From Octopus vulgaris (Eukaryota): 64,000 bases of DNA. The DNA lies in contig OX597825.1 of assembly GCA_951406725.2 (NCBI GenBank), positions 84,258,001-84,322,000 of the forward strand, in the 5' to 3' direction. The notes under the pieces are model-generated. The model was not told the DNA's origin, ran no database searches, and saw only the letters and a program-made list of their open reading frames with translations. Positions 15,868 through 31,002 of the stretch are shown here, piece after piece (position 1 is the stretch's first letter; every line of letters begins with the position of its first letter). Position numbers and translations under genes: made by a program.

Positions 15868-16457
15868 ATATGTATGTTTGTATAGATTGATACACACACA
15901 AACTCAATTGTATAGAGATATTCAGACACACATATAGAGAAATAAATAGGAAGTCGGACGAGGTTACACATAACAAGTTATAATAATTCCTGCAGTGAAG
16001 TTGCCTTCCGAAATATCTGTTAAATATTAATCTATGCGTAAAGCCAGCAGCGATCAGAGAAGAATCACTTTGAATTTTATAGCAGAACTAGAAACCCAAC
16101 AGTGTACTATAAATCTTAGCCGACGACGGATTGCCAAAAAATTTAGGGATCCAGCAATTTTAAGACATTTGCTGCTTTGGTCTTTTGATCCATAAGGTAC
16201 ATTCAGCGTAGGAACAAATGTTATTTAAGTTAATAATGTTTAACTTCTTCTCCACTTTTACAACAATTGTGACTAGATAGATCCCATCCATGACGATCTT
16301 GTCGATTCGATGGCTTTATGACGGTTTGTCCAAATGCTTATATATATGTTAGTTAGTTAGTTAGTTAATTTTTGGCTCAAAAAGCAAAAAGCAAGGCTAT
16401 GTTGGGGGACATGGAGTTATGTACAGGGTGGTGTTCATGTAAAGAGTTCAGGCCACT

Positions 16458-16520
<63 letters not shown>

Positions 16521-16577
16521 CCAGGAATGGAGCAATCGTTTACGTTTAACCCCAATACTTATCTGGTCGTTATATTG

Positions 16578-16763
16578 AATCCAAATTAAAAAAGTCACAG
16601 GAAAAAAGTGACTGTAATAAATTCAAAAGGATATTGTCCGGAGTAGGGGTATATCCGTGACTTTATTATCAGCCAACATAAATTAATTGTGACTTTTTTT
16701 CCCTAGCCAAAATTGTAACTTTATTACAGTGACTTTTTTCCTGTGACTTTATTGTCGGACACC
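16578..16763. mobile_element. MITE with inverted termini and ~9-bp TSD (Mutator-like), nested in a degraded SINE
   Basis: aaagtcacaggaaaaaagtgactgtaataaa (16591-16620) is inverse to tttattacagtgacttttttcctgtgacttt (16720-16750); flanks gttatattg / attatattg. Confidence 0.7.
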
Positions 16764-17361
16764 ATTATATTGACGCCAAAAGACAAAACCGATTTGAGTG
16801 AAATTTGAACTTGGAACGTGTAGACGGACGAAATGCTGCTGACCATGTTATAAATTCTGCCAGGTCACCGCCTTTGGTCACGTGATGTTGTTTAATGCAA
16901 TGTAACGCTTTATTGATTTCTAACAGTGAAAAGCAAAGTCGACTTGGGTGAACTTTGAACTCGAAAAGTATCTCGACGGAACGAAATAAACTAGTTTTGC
17001 GGTTGCAACACTTTCCTTTCTGCAGAAATGTCTATGAAATTCTTGATTTTTTGCTCTCAGTTAGGTTAGAAACGTAAAGTAGATTTAAGTGTTTTCTATT
17101 GAATGTAGGGAGATTGGCGGGGAGGCTGTTGCTGTGATTGTGAAGTACACTCAGCATTATTTATTCAGAAAGAGAAAGAGCGGGAAGAAGGAGAGTGAGG
17201 GGAGAAGAAGAAGTAGAAGAAGAAGAAAAAGAAAAGAGGAAGTAGCAGAAGAAGAGGAAGGAGAAGTTGATTTAGAGAGGTACAATTAGAAAGCGATGCA
17301 GTGGGATAACAATAGCGGAAGAGAGAACAGTGAAAGAGAGAGAGAGAGAGAGAGAGAGAGG

Positions 17362-17439
<78 letters not shown>

Positions 17440-17754
17440 GAGAGAGACGTAAAAATGGTGAAGCACTGGAATGGTAGAGAGAAAAGGAAAGCAGGAGGAG
17501 AAAGAATGGACAAAACACATCAAAGAAATTGAAGATCGACCAGAACAACAACAACAGCAAAGACTACAACAATGCGAAATGACAAGTGGCTGTTGGATTA
17601 AAACATGTAAAGTTACTATGGTAACATTCACTGACAAAACATCAACATTGTCCGTGTAGCGATGATTTATTTTGGAAGTCGTTAAATAAGACATTAAGAT
17701 AATTACGATAACTAGTGAGGTATTAGTGATTAACGATCTATCGATACATGTTAA

Positions 17755-17999
<245 letters not shown>

Positions 18000-18162
18000 T
18001 TCTATCTGTCTGTCTATGTATGTCTATAGAATGTATGTATGTATGTATGTATGTATGCATGTACATTTATTAGTGCCTGCTGTCTGCTAATCTGTGTCTA
18101 TAAATGTATATTTCTCTCTGTCTCTCTCTATCTCTCTGTCTCTGTCTCTCTCTCTCTCTCTG

Positions 18163-18237
<75 letters not shown>

Positions 18238-19451
18238 GGAACAAAATCAAAAACGCAATAGAGGACATTAAAACATTCGGACAGATAGATGATACAAAGT
18301 CGGACAAGAGATAAAACAATTAGAAGGACAGGCAAAAGAAGATGGGACAGTCGTAACTTTCTTTCCTCAGTCAAGTTCCAGAAGTCACGACCATTTCGGA
18401 CAGTTACACTTGAGATGGTTCGATCTTGTTGCCCTACCCCACCCCAAATGTCTAAGCTAAGAGCATTATACCCCTTTGTAAGAAAGCTAGAGAATGTGTA
18501 CGGCAAAAAAGACAAAAAATAAACAAACAAAAACTATGGAGAACATGGTACACAATTAGGAATCGACTGAGAACGAATCAAATGGAGCTGGCGTGTATGA
18601 AGTGAAGGCCTAAATGCAGGAACATAGGAGACGGACGTAAGAGGTGTTGGCGGTCGGCAGTCAGACCAAGAAAGAAAACTTATGGCTGGATGGACACCGG
18701 TCACGTGGAAGGAGGAGAGATGGGTAGGGGGCAGGGGGATTGAAGGATTAAAAAAAAATCAGAGACAAAGAGAAAGGTACAGGGGAGATAAACGAGTGGG
18801 AAATAGTGGGAGTTGAAGAAAGAGAGAGCTATCAACTTATCTGTTTGTCTGTTTATCTGTCTATCTGTGTAGATATTTACAACAGTAAACACTAGATAAT
18901 TGTAAATTTCATTCACCAATTTATTTTCAATAACTGTTTCGGTTGAATAAATACTTCAACCATATGATTAGCATACGTAAGTATTATACTTAGATATAAT
19001 GGTATACACACACACACACAAACACACACACACACGCACATACACTCACTCATACACACGCACGCACACACACACACATACCCAACAGACACAATTTGCT
19101 TCAGACATCTTTGATCCACTGCGATGATATAAAAATAAACACACCCCAAAGATGCCACCAAGTGGGAGTGAACCGGAGACATGGTGGTCGTGAAACCAAC
19201 TTCTTAACCACCCAGCCACCGTTACAAGGTGTTTCGAAAGTAAAACAAGTTCAGTTCGTCTGGAATAATCATATGTAAAATCTTGGTTATGACGATGATG
19301 ATGATGATGAAGATGATGATGATGATGATCTTCATGATGACGGTGATGGTGATGATGATGATGACGATATTGGTGATGATGATGATGATGATGTTGATGC
19401 TGATGATGATGTTGATGATGGTGATTATGATGGCAATACTGATGGTTATGG

Positions 19452-19499
<48 letters not shown>

Positions 19500-20650
19500 G
19501 GAGGAGGAGGAGGAGGATAATGATGAAGATGATGATCTTAGAATGTCTTGTTTTTATTGGAAATAATATCCAATAATTGTTTTGATAGAACTCGCAAGAA
19601 CAGTTTACCGTTTCATTCTTCCCATAAATTGGTGATGATACAACATTGACGACAATCTTTGGTAACATGATTCCAGCCCACGTTCTACACGTCCCACCTG
19701 TCTGTTTACGACGGTGACGCATTCAGGAAGGACTAGAAATGTATTCATGAACCTGAAGAGACTTCCTTCTCACACATCATCCGATGTAATAAAAGTGCAT
19801 CGCATAAACACGAATTGATGTTGCTTTGCTTTCATTCTGTTAGGAAAAACGTAACAAATACTCCACCACCGTCACCACCATCATCCCCAGCACTAATATA
19901 GCCAACGCCAACAACATAAAAAAAAACACACCACGGTCGCCCCCCCCCACCACCACACTGGATCCATTCCAAGCGACTTCATGGTAGTTCCTATGCCGTC
20001 CTAAAGCGTTTGGAGTAAAAGAACTCCATTTAATGTTTAAAATGCAATGAAGGCAATTTTAGCGGAACTTTTCTAACAATTTGAAATGTCTTTCATAATA
20101 TGTCCATATATATATACATATATATTCTATTAGGGGTTAAACTCGTGAAGGGATGGTTTCTACCAAGGAAATACCGGTTCAATACCAAGAGTTTTTTTTT
20201 GGGGGGGGGGGATTATTTTCCCTAAAATAATTTGTACATATATATATAGAAACATATAGTTTATATTCATATAAAAGAAGAAAAGGAAATGGACATTGGG
20301 AAGTTACTAATTGTTTATTATTAATAGCGAATTAAGCATCTTCACTAATTTTTGTTAATAATCATCTTCATTAATTTGCTGTTAATAATAAGCAGTTATT
20401 AACTTTCCAATCGCCATGTATATGTATGTATGTATATATGTATATAAACACACACACACAGACACACACACATATATATATATATATGTGTGTGCTTGTG
20501 TATATATAAGGTGTGAATTTTCAATAAATATAGTTTCCCAGTCATGATTAACAAAAGGCGAAACCGGTAGACTATGATGATATTCTGTCTCATAAAACTT
20601 ATAAAATATACATTGATTGTGTGCATTTTCCTTCTTTTATTATGCTCTCT

Positions 20651-20751
<101 letters not shown>

Positions 20752-20798
20752 TATGAGATTATTGTAGTTCGCTTGAAGCATTGTGCATTGTTTGTAAA

Positions 20799-21156
20799 CA
20801 ATAATAATATATAGTAATGATGTGTTTTGAATGACAACAATGCTCTATAATAAAATAACGGACTATAATAACTGTTGCAATTTAATCATCCATAGTCTGT
20901 TATAATATTTCGGAATGTAAAAATTCCTTCTTCAGATATCCCTAGGGATTAATCGAATCACTGCTACAATTGATTTTCCAACGGCGTTTTTCGAAAATCG
21001 ATTGTAGCAGTGACTCGATCAATCCCTTGGGACATCTGAAGAAGGGATTTTTACATTCCTAAACATTATATCAGGCTACGGATGATTAAATTACACCAGT
21101 TATTATAGTGCATTGTTGTGCCATTCAAAAAACATTATTACTCTTTATTATTATTG
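20799..21156. repeat. ~360-bp imperfect palindrome with a hammerhead motif in each arm
   Basis: Arms 20799-20978 and 20993-21156 are reverse complements around a 14-nt loop. Each carries CTGAAGA-A-GGRAT-ttttac-ATTCC-(G/T)AAA. (TA)n lies on both sides. Confidence 0.93.
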
Positions 21157-21229
21157 CTAATATATATATATATATATATATGGAAGTAGATAATATGTGA
21201 AAATTCGATATGTTGAATGTTTTACTCAC

Positions 21230-21339
21230 TTATTGTATAAAACCATATCAGGGAGCCAAAGTTTGTAGCAGGGTATTCTTAATGCTGTGATATTATGAAA
21301 ATCTATGGGATCCCACATCAAAAAGTCATCTTCCCACGC
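21230..21339 (-). CDS. Nicotinic acetylcholine receptor subunit, internal 110-nt exon (equivalent to canonical exon 4, loop A)
   Basis: Minus strand reads ctattttcag|GCGTGGGAAGATGAC...GTTTTATACAATAA|gtgagt = AWEDDFLMWDPIDFHNITALRIPCYKLWLPDMVLYN(N). Contains WxD, LxWDP and WLPDxVLYN motifs; 110 nt, phase 0/2; continues the 45-nt exon in frame. Confidence 0.96.
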
Positions 21340-21548
21340 CTGAAAATAGAAGTAAAACAAATCATTAAATCAGCCAATCGGCGTCTTTAAATGCATGCAG
21401 TTTTTCGACAACTCGGAAACAACGTTTTTCAGATGGTATTTAAAATCATAAATATACTTACTTGATAATCACTCTTTCAAAAGCATGGCCATACAAGGCT
21501 AAATCAAAAATAACATCTGGAATTTTAATCAAAAATATATATAAAGTG

Positions 21549-21933
21549 TGGAGGCGCAATGGCCCAGTGGTTAGGGCAGCGGACTCGCGGTCGTAGGATC
21601 GCGGTTTCGATTCCCAGACCGGGCGTTGTGAGTGTTTATTGAGCGAAAACACCTAAAGCTCCACGAGGCTCCGGCAAGGGGATGGTGGTGATCCCTGCTG
21701 TACTCTTTCACCACAACTTTCTCTCACTCTTACTTCCTGTTTCTGTTGTACCTGTATTTCAAGGGGTCGGCCTTGTCACTCTCTTTGTCACGCTGAATAT
21801 CCCCGAGAACTACGTTAAGGGTACACGTGTCTGTGGAGTGCTCAGCCACTTACACGTTAATTTCACGAGCAGGCTGTTCCGTTGATTCGGATCAACCGGA
21901 ACCCTCGTCGTCGTAACCGACGGAGTGCTTCCC
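21549..21933 (+). mobile_element. tRNA-derived SINE family B, full length with 12-bp TSD
   Basis: tggcccagtggttagg (A box), ggtttcgattccc (B box); atatataaagtg duplicated at 21537-21548 and 21934-21945. Confidence 0.93.
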
Positions 21934-24404
21934 ATATATAAAGTGCATTAAGTAATCATTGTATTCCGATTTCCTTCAGTTTTCAATGATTAGCAGATGA
22001 GCGTCTATCGTTCCACACAGGCACAACACAGGTTGCGTTTTCAGGTGTTTTGCATAATGTTTTCAGAAGTAACCCAATAGGTTTACCATTGATTCCATGA
22101 AATATTCACGGGTCCCGCTAGTGTATACATACCGTGTCTAAACAAACGTATTAGCTGGTCAGGAATAGGGTGTTTTTGATGAAAGAAATGCCCTCGCAGT
22201 ACTGTGGCTTTCTGGGAAGAAACAATGAAATCAGAAAATAACATGTCTGCTACCCAGTTCCGATGCAGCATCTAAATTCAATTAAAGTACACCTTGCGAC
22301 CCTAAAACGAGTCGGTCCTATAAAAAAATTGTTGTGTGCTGTATGTACAAAAGAGAACAAAGTAGCTTCTGATCATAATTCTGTACGTTCAGCACTGACC
22401 GAGCGTTAAACCAGAATAACACCATTGTATTCGTTTCAGTAATTGCGACAAAACGATCTCTTTGTGAGATATTGAAAAACATGTAAACCAGGAAATAATC
22501 AATGATAGAAACGAGAAGAATACAACATTGAATTGGAACAAGTCAATATGGGAATGTTTACCAGAATTTGAGACGCGGTCTTATATTCTTTGTTATGACC
22601 CAATTTCAACGTTCATTCCGAATGAAAACAGTTTTTTTGTTAATGACTTTCTTTTCACAAAATATCTTTTAACTGAAGAATCGCTTCAGACTTTGTCTGG
22701 GATCATTTGGAAAGTACTGTTGATCCATGCACGATAGCCACTGAGTACAAAGCAGCTCTCAAAACGATAAATTATTCAGCTTAATAGCATTCCGATATGG
22801 CGTATAGTAGCCACCTTTTTATTCATTTACTTATTTTTTGCCTGAATTAGATTCATTGAAAACAAGATAAATGGCTGTCATAATACATTAATTATAGCTA
22901 ATACTATTCACTGCCAACGGCCATGGTTTATAAAAATAAAATACAGTTAACACTTGTTTACTGCTGTTACACTCGCTGACTCGAAGCCTTGCATTAGCAT
23001 CGCCTTGGCAAGTTTCACTGCCTTACATAGAGACAAACAGACATAAAATCCAAGATTTTAAAGACATGGTGTTTCAATGAACCTATCCTAAAGAATTATC
23101 GTACGAATTGGATAGGAAAGTCTGTCAAAAAATTGATTTATAGGTTTCCTAAAGAGCATTTTCGATGGAGAAGTGAAACAAGGTGAGTGAGATATCCTGA
23201 AACTGAAAATAAAAAACGAGGCTTTTGATAGCCATGTTGAATAGTTGCTATATCCTTTACAACCACAATCGTACACGCTGGGGTAAAAGAAATTGGAATA
23301 TAGGTGTCGTGAAATACGGAGAGTATGCTATTTTTGTGAAATGGTCGGTGGAAAAACTGTCATTTATTATTGAGATTTCAGTGGGTATAATGCCGATGAA
23401 AAGTCTAGCCTTACGTTTGGCATTGGAAATCGCAGAGAATTCAACAATGCCTTTGAAAGAATCAACTGCCACCATCTAGTAATGGTAATAGTAGTAGTTT
23501 TTGTTGTTATTGCTGTTGTCTTGAGATGCTAATATCTTCGACTGATCAGTGGAATGGTTAACCCACAGTTACTGATAAAAATTAAACAGTAACGCTTGCA
23601 GCAGCGGAAGGAATGAGATCGCTTCACTTGCTAGATATAGCAACCAAAAGTTTCTGAAGTCTCACCAGATATCCTGAAAAAGCCCCAGAAAGACAGTTTG
23701 AATAATTTAGTCCCGGTTACACTGTGTAGAATCGGTGCAAATGTCATATCTATAATAATTTTTATCAATAATAGCAACAAAAACAACAATAGCAACAGCG
23801 TATTTGATGAATCCATTAATGATTATAATTGTTTTCAGTTTAGGAACAAAATTAGAAATTTGACTGAACGCCAACCACTTAAATAAACCCCATTATTTGA
23901 CTGGTACTGTATTTTATCCAACTTGGAGAAATGAAAGACAGGATTTGAACTAAAAAGGTAACGCTCTGAAACAAATAAGTATTTATTGTCAGGGGTATCC
24001 ATCAATGGGTGTCCATGCCTATTGATACAAACGTGGATCTAATGGTATCCAGTTTCTGTTCTATGAACAAAACTAAACGAATCATAAATCGCCAATGATA
24101 TCCTTACAAAGTTGTCCGAAATTTAGGACGGGAGGAAAGGATTGTGGAAACGATCCTCTCTGTTGCCTCAGAGACTGGTGACAAAGTGTTGGAGCAAGAA
24201 TATACACAAAGCGGAGACCTGGTCTGAAAGCTTGCCACAGCAACACCTCTACTCAGGAACTCAAAGAGGTGGTGTTCAACCGGGCAACGTTCAGAACGCT
24301 AAGAAATAGTTCAGAACGCTAAGAAATGAGACAATCCTCAAAGGGGTTCTGACTATTCTTCTCGTGTCAACGGTTTGTTCTTTTACTTTAGCGACTGCGA
24401 AAGG

Positions 24405-24490
<86 letters not shown>

Positions 24491-26142
24491 ATATATATAT
24501 ATATATCTGTCTGTTTGTCTGTCTGTCTAGTTGTCTGTCTGCCTGTCTGTCTATCTATCTATGCACACCTATGTACTATTGTATGTTGTATAAATACATT
24601 TTACATACAAACACATTTAGACACCACACATATACACACATATACACACACATACATATATATATACGCACACATACATATATATATATTTGTGCTATAT
24701 ACGACATATATTTACAGATAATATTCATATATACACACGTATACATACATACATATGTACGCACGTACTAGAAGTATTTATGCTAAGACAGTTATGCTTA
24801 CTCGACACAGTAACACATACATAAGCATACACACACACACATATAAAGAGAGAGACTAACCTAATCCACACCCACGCATAATACACACGCATACACTCAA
24901 GTACAAACAAACTTTCCTATGCAAATTGAAGCCCCATTATGCGCACGGTCTCACGCACACATAAATACACCTACAACACGACTGGCAGAATATCACACAC
25001 ATGGACGTATTAATTGAATAGCACACTCACACACCCACACACCGAGACCTACTTATAATACATGCTTACACACACACACACACACACACATACACACAAC
25101 GTTTCAAGTATTCACGCGCACATGCAAGTACATACGCTCTGAAAGCCAAGAGAAAAATCAAACACTTAACAAAGAATGCCGACGGCGAAATCAATAAAAC
25201 GAGTTGTGGTTTTGAGTTCCTGGAGCTGAGCTGAGGAATTTACCAAATTGGCAAAATTGAGAAATTGAAGGAATGACTGCTTGAAACCGATTGTTACTTA
25301 AGATGTTAGCATTGGCGGTGATGGTGGTGGTGGTGTTGGTGTTGGTGTGGGCTACGGTGATCCTGATGGGGAAAAGGGGTGACATGAGTAATGTCCATAT
25401 GAAATTATATATTACAAAGCATTCGTTATAGGTATTGTAAAATCCTAAATTGAAAGCGGTTCCTTTGATGTTGGTCGATGTATGAAGAGATTGTCAAGAG
25501 AAATACGAATGAATCATTGAATACGTAAAATATATAAGAATAAATATATTAAGCTTTGTTCCATGAAGGAGAATTTTAGAGCTGTAAGCATGGATATCTG
25601 TGACTTCAGCTTATTATAACATTTATTGATGTTGCTGCTGTCGTTGTTGTTGTTGGTACAGTAAAGGGGAGAGTTGCAGGATTGGAAAATCGACAGAATA
25701 AATGATTTTAGTAATTGGGTTATGTTTCTCACAGCACTGTGACCGACTCCTGCCGGTGTAGACTATTTTGCTTTCTCCTTCCGGGGCCGGAAAATATAAA
25801 TCTGTTGGCAAATCCAACCATGCCTTCCTTTAAATTGTGTGATATTGTACACGTGTTCGAAATGATTTCAATGATGGTTAAGGTCTTTCGGGGTAAATAA
25901 TATAAATATCTCAGTTTAAAACTCTAGCACTGTCTCTCATAATGTCTAACCCGGTCGTTATGGAAGGCTAGTTGTTTTCTGAGTTTATTTTGAACATCCA
26001 TTGCCCTACTGACAACATTTGACAAGGAAGGGCTGGAAGGCTTTTTTTACCTCTTTCTGGGTGCTATGATGACAGGAACGCAGATTGATATATATATATT
26101 AAAGTATATTTATTAATTATTTTATTGTTCTAGTTTATTTTT

Positions 26143-26229
26143 AACCTGATGAGTGACTATATCTATATCGAAGTGATTTCTCTACTACTATAATCATTTC
26201 TTAAATATAGCAACGAAACACGCGTCGTT
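26143..26229 (+). ncRNA. Type I hammerhead ribozyme motif with extended stem II, inside a (TA)n-flanked cassette (26100-26390)
   Basis: AAC-CTGATGA-gtgactatat...gaagtgatt/aatcatttc...atatagcaac-GAAA-Cacgc-GTC-GTT; GUC cleavage triplet. Confidence 0.85.
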
Positions 26230-26365
26230 TTTCTACCTATTATATACGTTTTTATTATTATTTTTTGCAATTTACTTAATCTTTGACATTTTATTGTTAT
26301 TCTAATTTTAATTTTTTATTATATGTAATTTTCTTGATGGTGTAATTTAATTGTTCATGTTGAAT

Positions 26366-26713
<348 letters not shown>

Positions 26714-27518
26714 ATGTGGTTCATAACAGAAAGGGAAGACGTGAGAAAGAGTGTTCATTCCTGATTTTAAACAGAAATGAGGTCAGAAATGGAAGATAGA
26801 AAATGGAAATGAAGGTAGACATGGCGATAGAAAACGGTGTACGTGATCACCTACATACTCTGTATATATTTCAGACAAATATGTATGGTTCTGTCTGAAT
26901 AATTAACAAACAAAAAAAGATAACGAAGGAATCGTTTACACATTTATACGCATATACACATTTATACGCTCATACTTGAACACATTTTTAGAAAAACACA
27001 ACCAACTTTATATATCTTATATATCTGTAAGTTTTATTTTATATACACATATGTAACATTTTCAAAATAAAGAAATATAATTCACCATACTAAAAACCAT
27101 GTAAAAGATAATCTAAAATATAATCTGTTATTATATCGATTGCTTTAATATTTTACCGTGTTCCATCAGTGAAAAAATATAGACAGACAACGTCTCCAGC
27201 ATTTGTGTCTATTTTTATCAATTATAAAGTATGTATTCTTCCTGTTTACCGCCATCAGAATATCGCAATTGTGACAGTCACTTTACTACCAAGGAGCTCA
27301 CTCGTAAAAAGGATGTTATTTGAACATCATGCATTTCCTTTTGCCTTCAGAACAACTTGTGTGTATTTTCATAATGTTTCATCGCTTTCATTTCCTCAAA
27401 GTGTTTGCACACACGCATGCACACTAGCACGTGTGTTTATATAGGTGTGCGCATTTTGAACGTGTATTTGTCTGTTGTGTTTCTATGCGTATATGATGTG
27501 CGTACACACACACACACA

Positions 27519-27577
<59 letters not shown>

Positions 27578-28094
27578 GCATCTATTTATTCTTTTTCTCC
27601 ATATGTATATGCATGCATGTATGCACACACACATATATATATATACGTATGTGTGTGTATACGTACATATATATTTGTGTATACATACATACACATCTAT
27701 ATACACTTAAGTTTATATATATGTACGCACGTATGTATGTATATATGTATGTATGTATTTCTTGTATGCAGCGTTAAGATATCAGTTTCCGTTTCCGAGG
27801 TGGTCTTTATTGTCCTTATAACCTGCTGGTACTCAAAACCGGTAAGGCTAGCTCTGCAGATAAGATCGGGAAAGACACCTGTCGCCTCGTTAAATGCTAT
27901 ATATTCACCCCAAACCTGTAAAGGTTATATATCTATACTTTAAGGTAATATATAAAGGTTATATGTTAGGTTCAAGATGATATAGATATCAAAATAGAAA
28001 CTAATCTGGAATTTGCAAACACTCTCTGTCTCTCGACTTATCCATCTCCCAATATTGCAACTGTAGCATTCGAACGTGGGACTCAGAAATAGCG

Positions 28095-28486
28095 TTAACA
28101 TCGAGGACTGAGGGAAAGAAAAATAGAAGTAGGTGGGGGAGAACTACGGTCAGGAGAAGGAGGAGGAGATGAAGAATGCCGAGAACAATGATGCTTTGGG
28201 AGGAGTTGGTTTTCTAACTACAAACTAAACTAAAAATGGAATATTAACTGTTACAGTCTACCTTGAAATGTAGGCATACATATAGCTAAATTTTTCTTCC
28301 ATTTGCTCAAAAAATATTTCCACAGCAGCAGAGATATAAAATCACTTTATAATGATCACCATTATAAATATATAGATATCGTCTGCTTTTCATTGTCCTC
28401 GGCCTTCTTCTTCTCCTCCTCCTTCTCCTGACCGTAGTTCTCCTCTACCTCCTTCTATTTCTCATTCTCTTTGTCCTGGCTGTTAA
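28095..28486. repeat. Inverted repeat, ~95-bp arms with ~200-bp spacer (foldback/MITE-like)
   Basis: gagaactacggtcaggagaaggaggaggagatgaagaatgccgagaacaatga versus tcattgtcctcggccttcttcttctcctcctccttctcctgaccgtagttctc. Confidence 0.9.
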
Positions 28487-28911
28487 AACTATTCAACAGC
28501 TCAGACCTCTATCTCTAGTCTACCAAGCCGTTAAAACATTAAAATATCACAATGTGTTAATAGAAAGCCAGGTATTTATTACAATAAATGCATATCACAG
28601 CAATCGGCACCGTATTTTACAGTTCATTTTGTTGCTAATCTGTTTATCTTCAATACATTATATATACAATGGAATTTTCGTTGCGGGTTAATCACATGAG
28701 AACGAACATAAGATTGCAGTTGCAAAGATTTGAATATTATTGCTTAGGTTCAGTTTTTTCTCTATGAAATATATTAACATTACTGTCACCTAGGAAACGA
28801 AGTAAATAAATAAATAAATATATATTGGTAATCAATATTAAACTTCTCCCACATATTATTCTCTGCGTGTGTATGTGTACGTATGTATGTGTGAGTACAT
28901 ATATGCTGTGT

Positions 28912-28966
<55 letters not shown>

Positions 28967-29329
28967 ATATGAAGATGTACGTATATAATTTTTTATATAT
29001 GTATATACATATATGTATGTATATATATGTATATATATGTATATATATATATATAGATAGATATATATATTCATATATATATATATTACACATACACACA
29101 CTCACACACACAACGTGGTTAATAACGCGGGATACTAATCCCAAGTTACCGAGTTCGATTCCAAGAAGTGACCTGAATAATAATAATAATATTAACAACA
29201 ACAACAACAACAAAAACAACAACAGCATTGAAAAATACCATTGGAATGAGAACCGTGGTGAAATAAATATTCAGTCAACAACATTGACTGATTTGCGCCA
29301 ATACTCCGCCCATGCCGTAACCACCGTAA

Positions 29330-29850
29330 TACTAGTCGAAGCAGTGTATGTGTCTAGCGAGAATACCATGGCCATTCTTTCTTTCCCTGATCTAAAGCCA
29401 CCGTAATTCAGGGATGTGTGTAGGGCAAATCTCTTCCATCAACCTGCTCAACGAAAGACTAGGAAGCACTTTGCCGACAGCTTCCAGGAATGCGATGCCC
29501 CAGTGGTGATCTCAAATTCCTTTTTCTTCTTTTCCCTTGGACATTGGTAGAAAAATGCCATCAATCTAATCTCTTAGGATAGAGGGACCAGTCCAGCTTT
29601 TGCTGGTGAGGTTAATACCGTTCGCTTCTAGCCTTCAGTAGTTCGACGGGAGAGCCTTCTCGATCCGGTGTTCTACTGGTATTTATTTGTTTGAGAGCCA
29701 TTTTCACCTCATCATAAGATGCTAATCGATCCATTCTGAGATTTGTATCACAATAAGGAAGACTCTATAACATTGTCTTCGACTATTGATGGTCTCCCTA
29801 ATAAATCAGTGAACTGTGCTTCATCGATGAAGTGTGATATTTGTTACCCA
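29330..29850 (-). mobile_element. Decayed RTE-clade LINE reverse transcriptase fragment
   Basis: Broken minus-strand translation FTDLLGRPSIV...SYDEVKMALKQINTSRTPDREGSPVELLK...DGIFLPMSKGKEEKG...HWGIAFLEAVGKVL...IPE..GGFRSGK...MVFSL follows the RTE RT N-terminal consensus. Confidence 0.85.
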
Positions 29851-30637
29851 TCTTCAATAACACATAAAATTAACCGTTGGTTATTTCTTCACTTCAGTGG
29901 TTATTTCTTGCACTTTAGAAAAAATATGAAAATGTTTTAAAAATTATAGAGATGGCATAAATAATATAGAGACATAACAAACAGTTTATATAGAAGCGAG
30001 TATATAAATGTTGGAGAGAGCTTCGTAGTCGAGGAGCGTTTTAAAAAGAAAAAAAGATTAACAAAACTAAAGACTTTCATATTGAAATACAACGGAAAGA
30101 CCATAAGTTGCCAGAGGAAAATATCAATTTACTGCATGGATTATTTCAATAAACTTGTAGAATATTACTTGCTCGAATTCCATGAATTTAAGAAAACACC
30201 TTTACAAGGTTAAAAAAAAGCCGAAACAGTTGATAAATCTAGAGAGAAATTATATGAAGATAATGAAAACCAAGCGACAAAAAACAGGTAGAAATAAAGA
30301 TATAATTAGCTATGGTTAGCTGTTTCAGGCTTCCAAGAAAATAATAGAATAAAGAAATTATCGAATATAATGATGTTGGACATGATCAGGTTTTCGGATA
30401 ATTTTATTGCATTTTTATTTATTTCATAATATATTTACTATTCCCTATTATTATTATTATTATTTTTTTTTACCTCGAATAGCAATTTGAAATAACGATG
30501 ATGGTGATGCTGCTTCTACTGCTGCTGCTGCTGCTGCTGCTGATGCTGATGATGATACAAACTGATGATCATTGTTATCATAATTGTCACCATAATCCTC
30601 ATCATCAACAACAACAACAACAGCAGGAACAGCAGTG

Positions 30638-30680
<43 letters not shown>

Positions 30681-30848
30681 TATGAGAAAGCTGATAATCA
30701 AATTTTATTGCCGTGCGACGACGATTTTAATCAAAAAATCACAGAAAATATTTTAATGATAACTTGTAATTTCATGCTAGATATAAATTCAATATTTCTA
30801 CTGTAGTATCTGGATATAGTTTCTGACAATTGTATTATTATTGTGAAA

Positions 30849-30988
<140 letters not shown>

Positions 30989-31002
30989 ATATAATTATTG
31001 AA

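Noticed and set aside
21549-21625. tRNA genes at SINE heads
   Set aside because: A/B boxes are present but run on into multi-copy SINE bodies, with no complete cloverleaf recognised.
24090-24290. Possible CR1/L2 3' remnant
   Set aside because: Only a faint PYKV-type similarity; too decayed to support.
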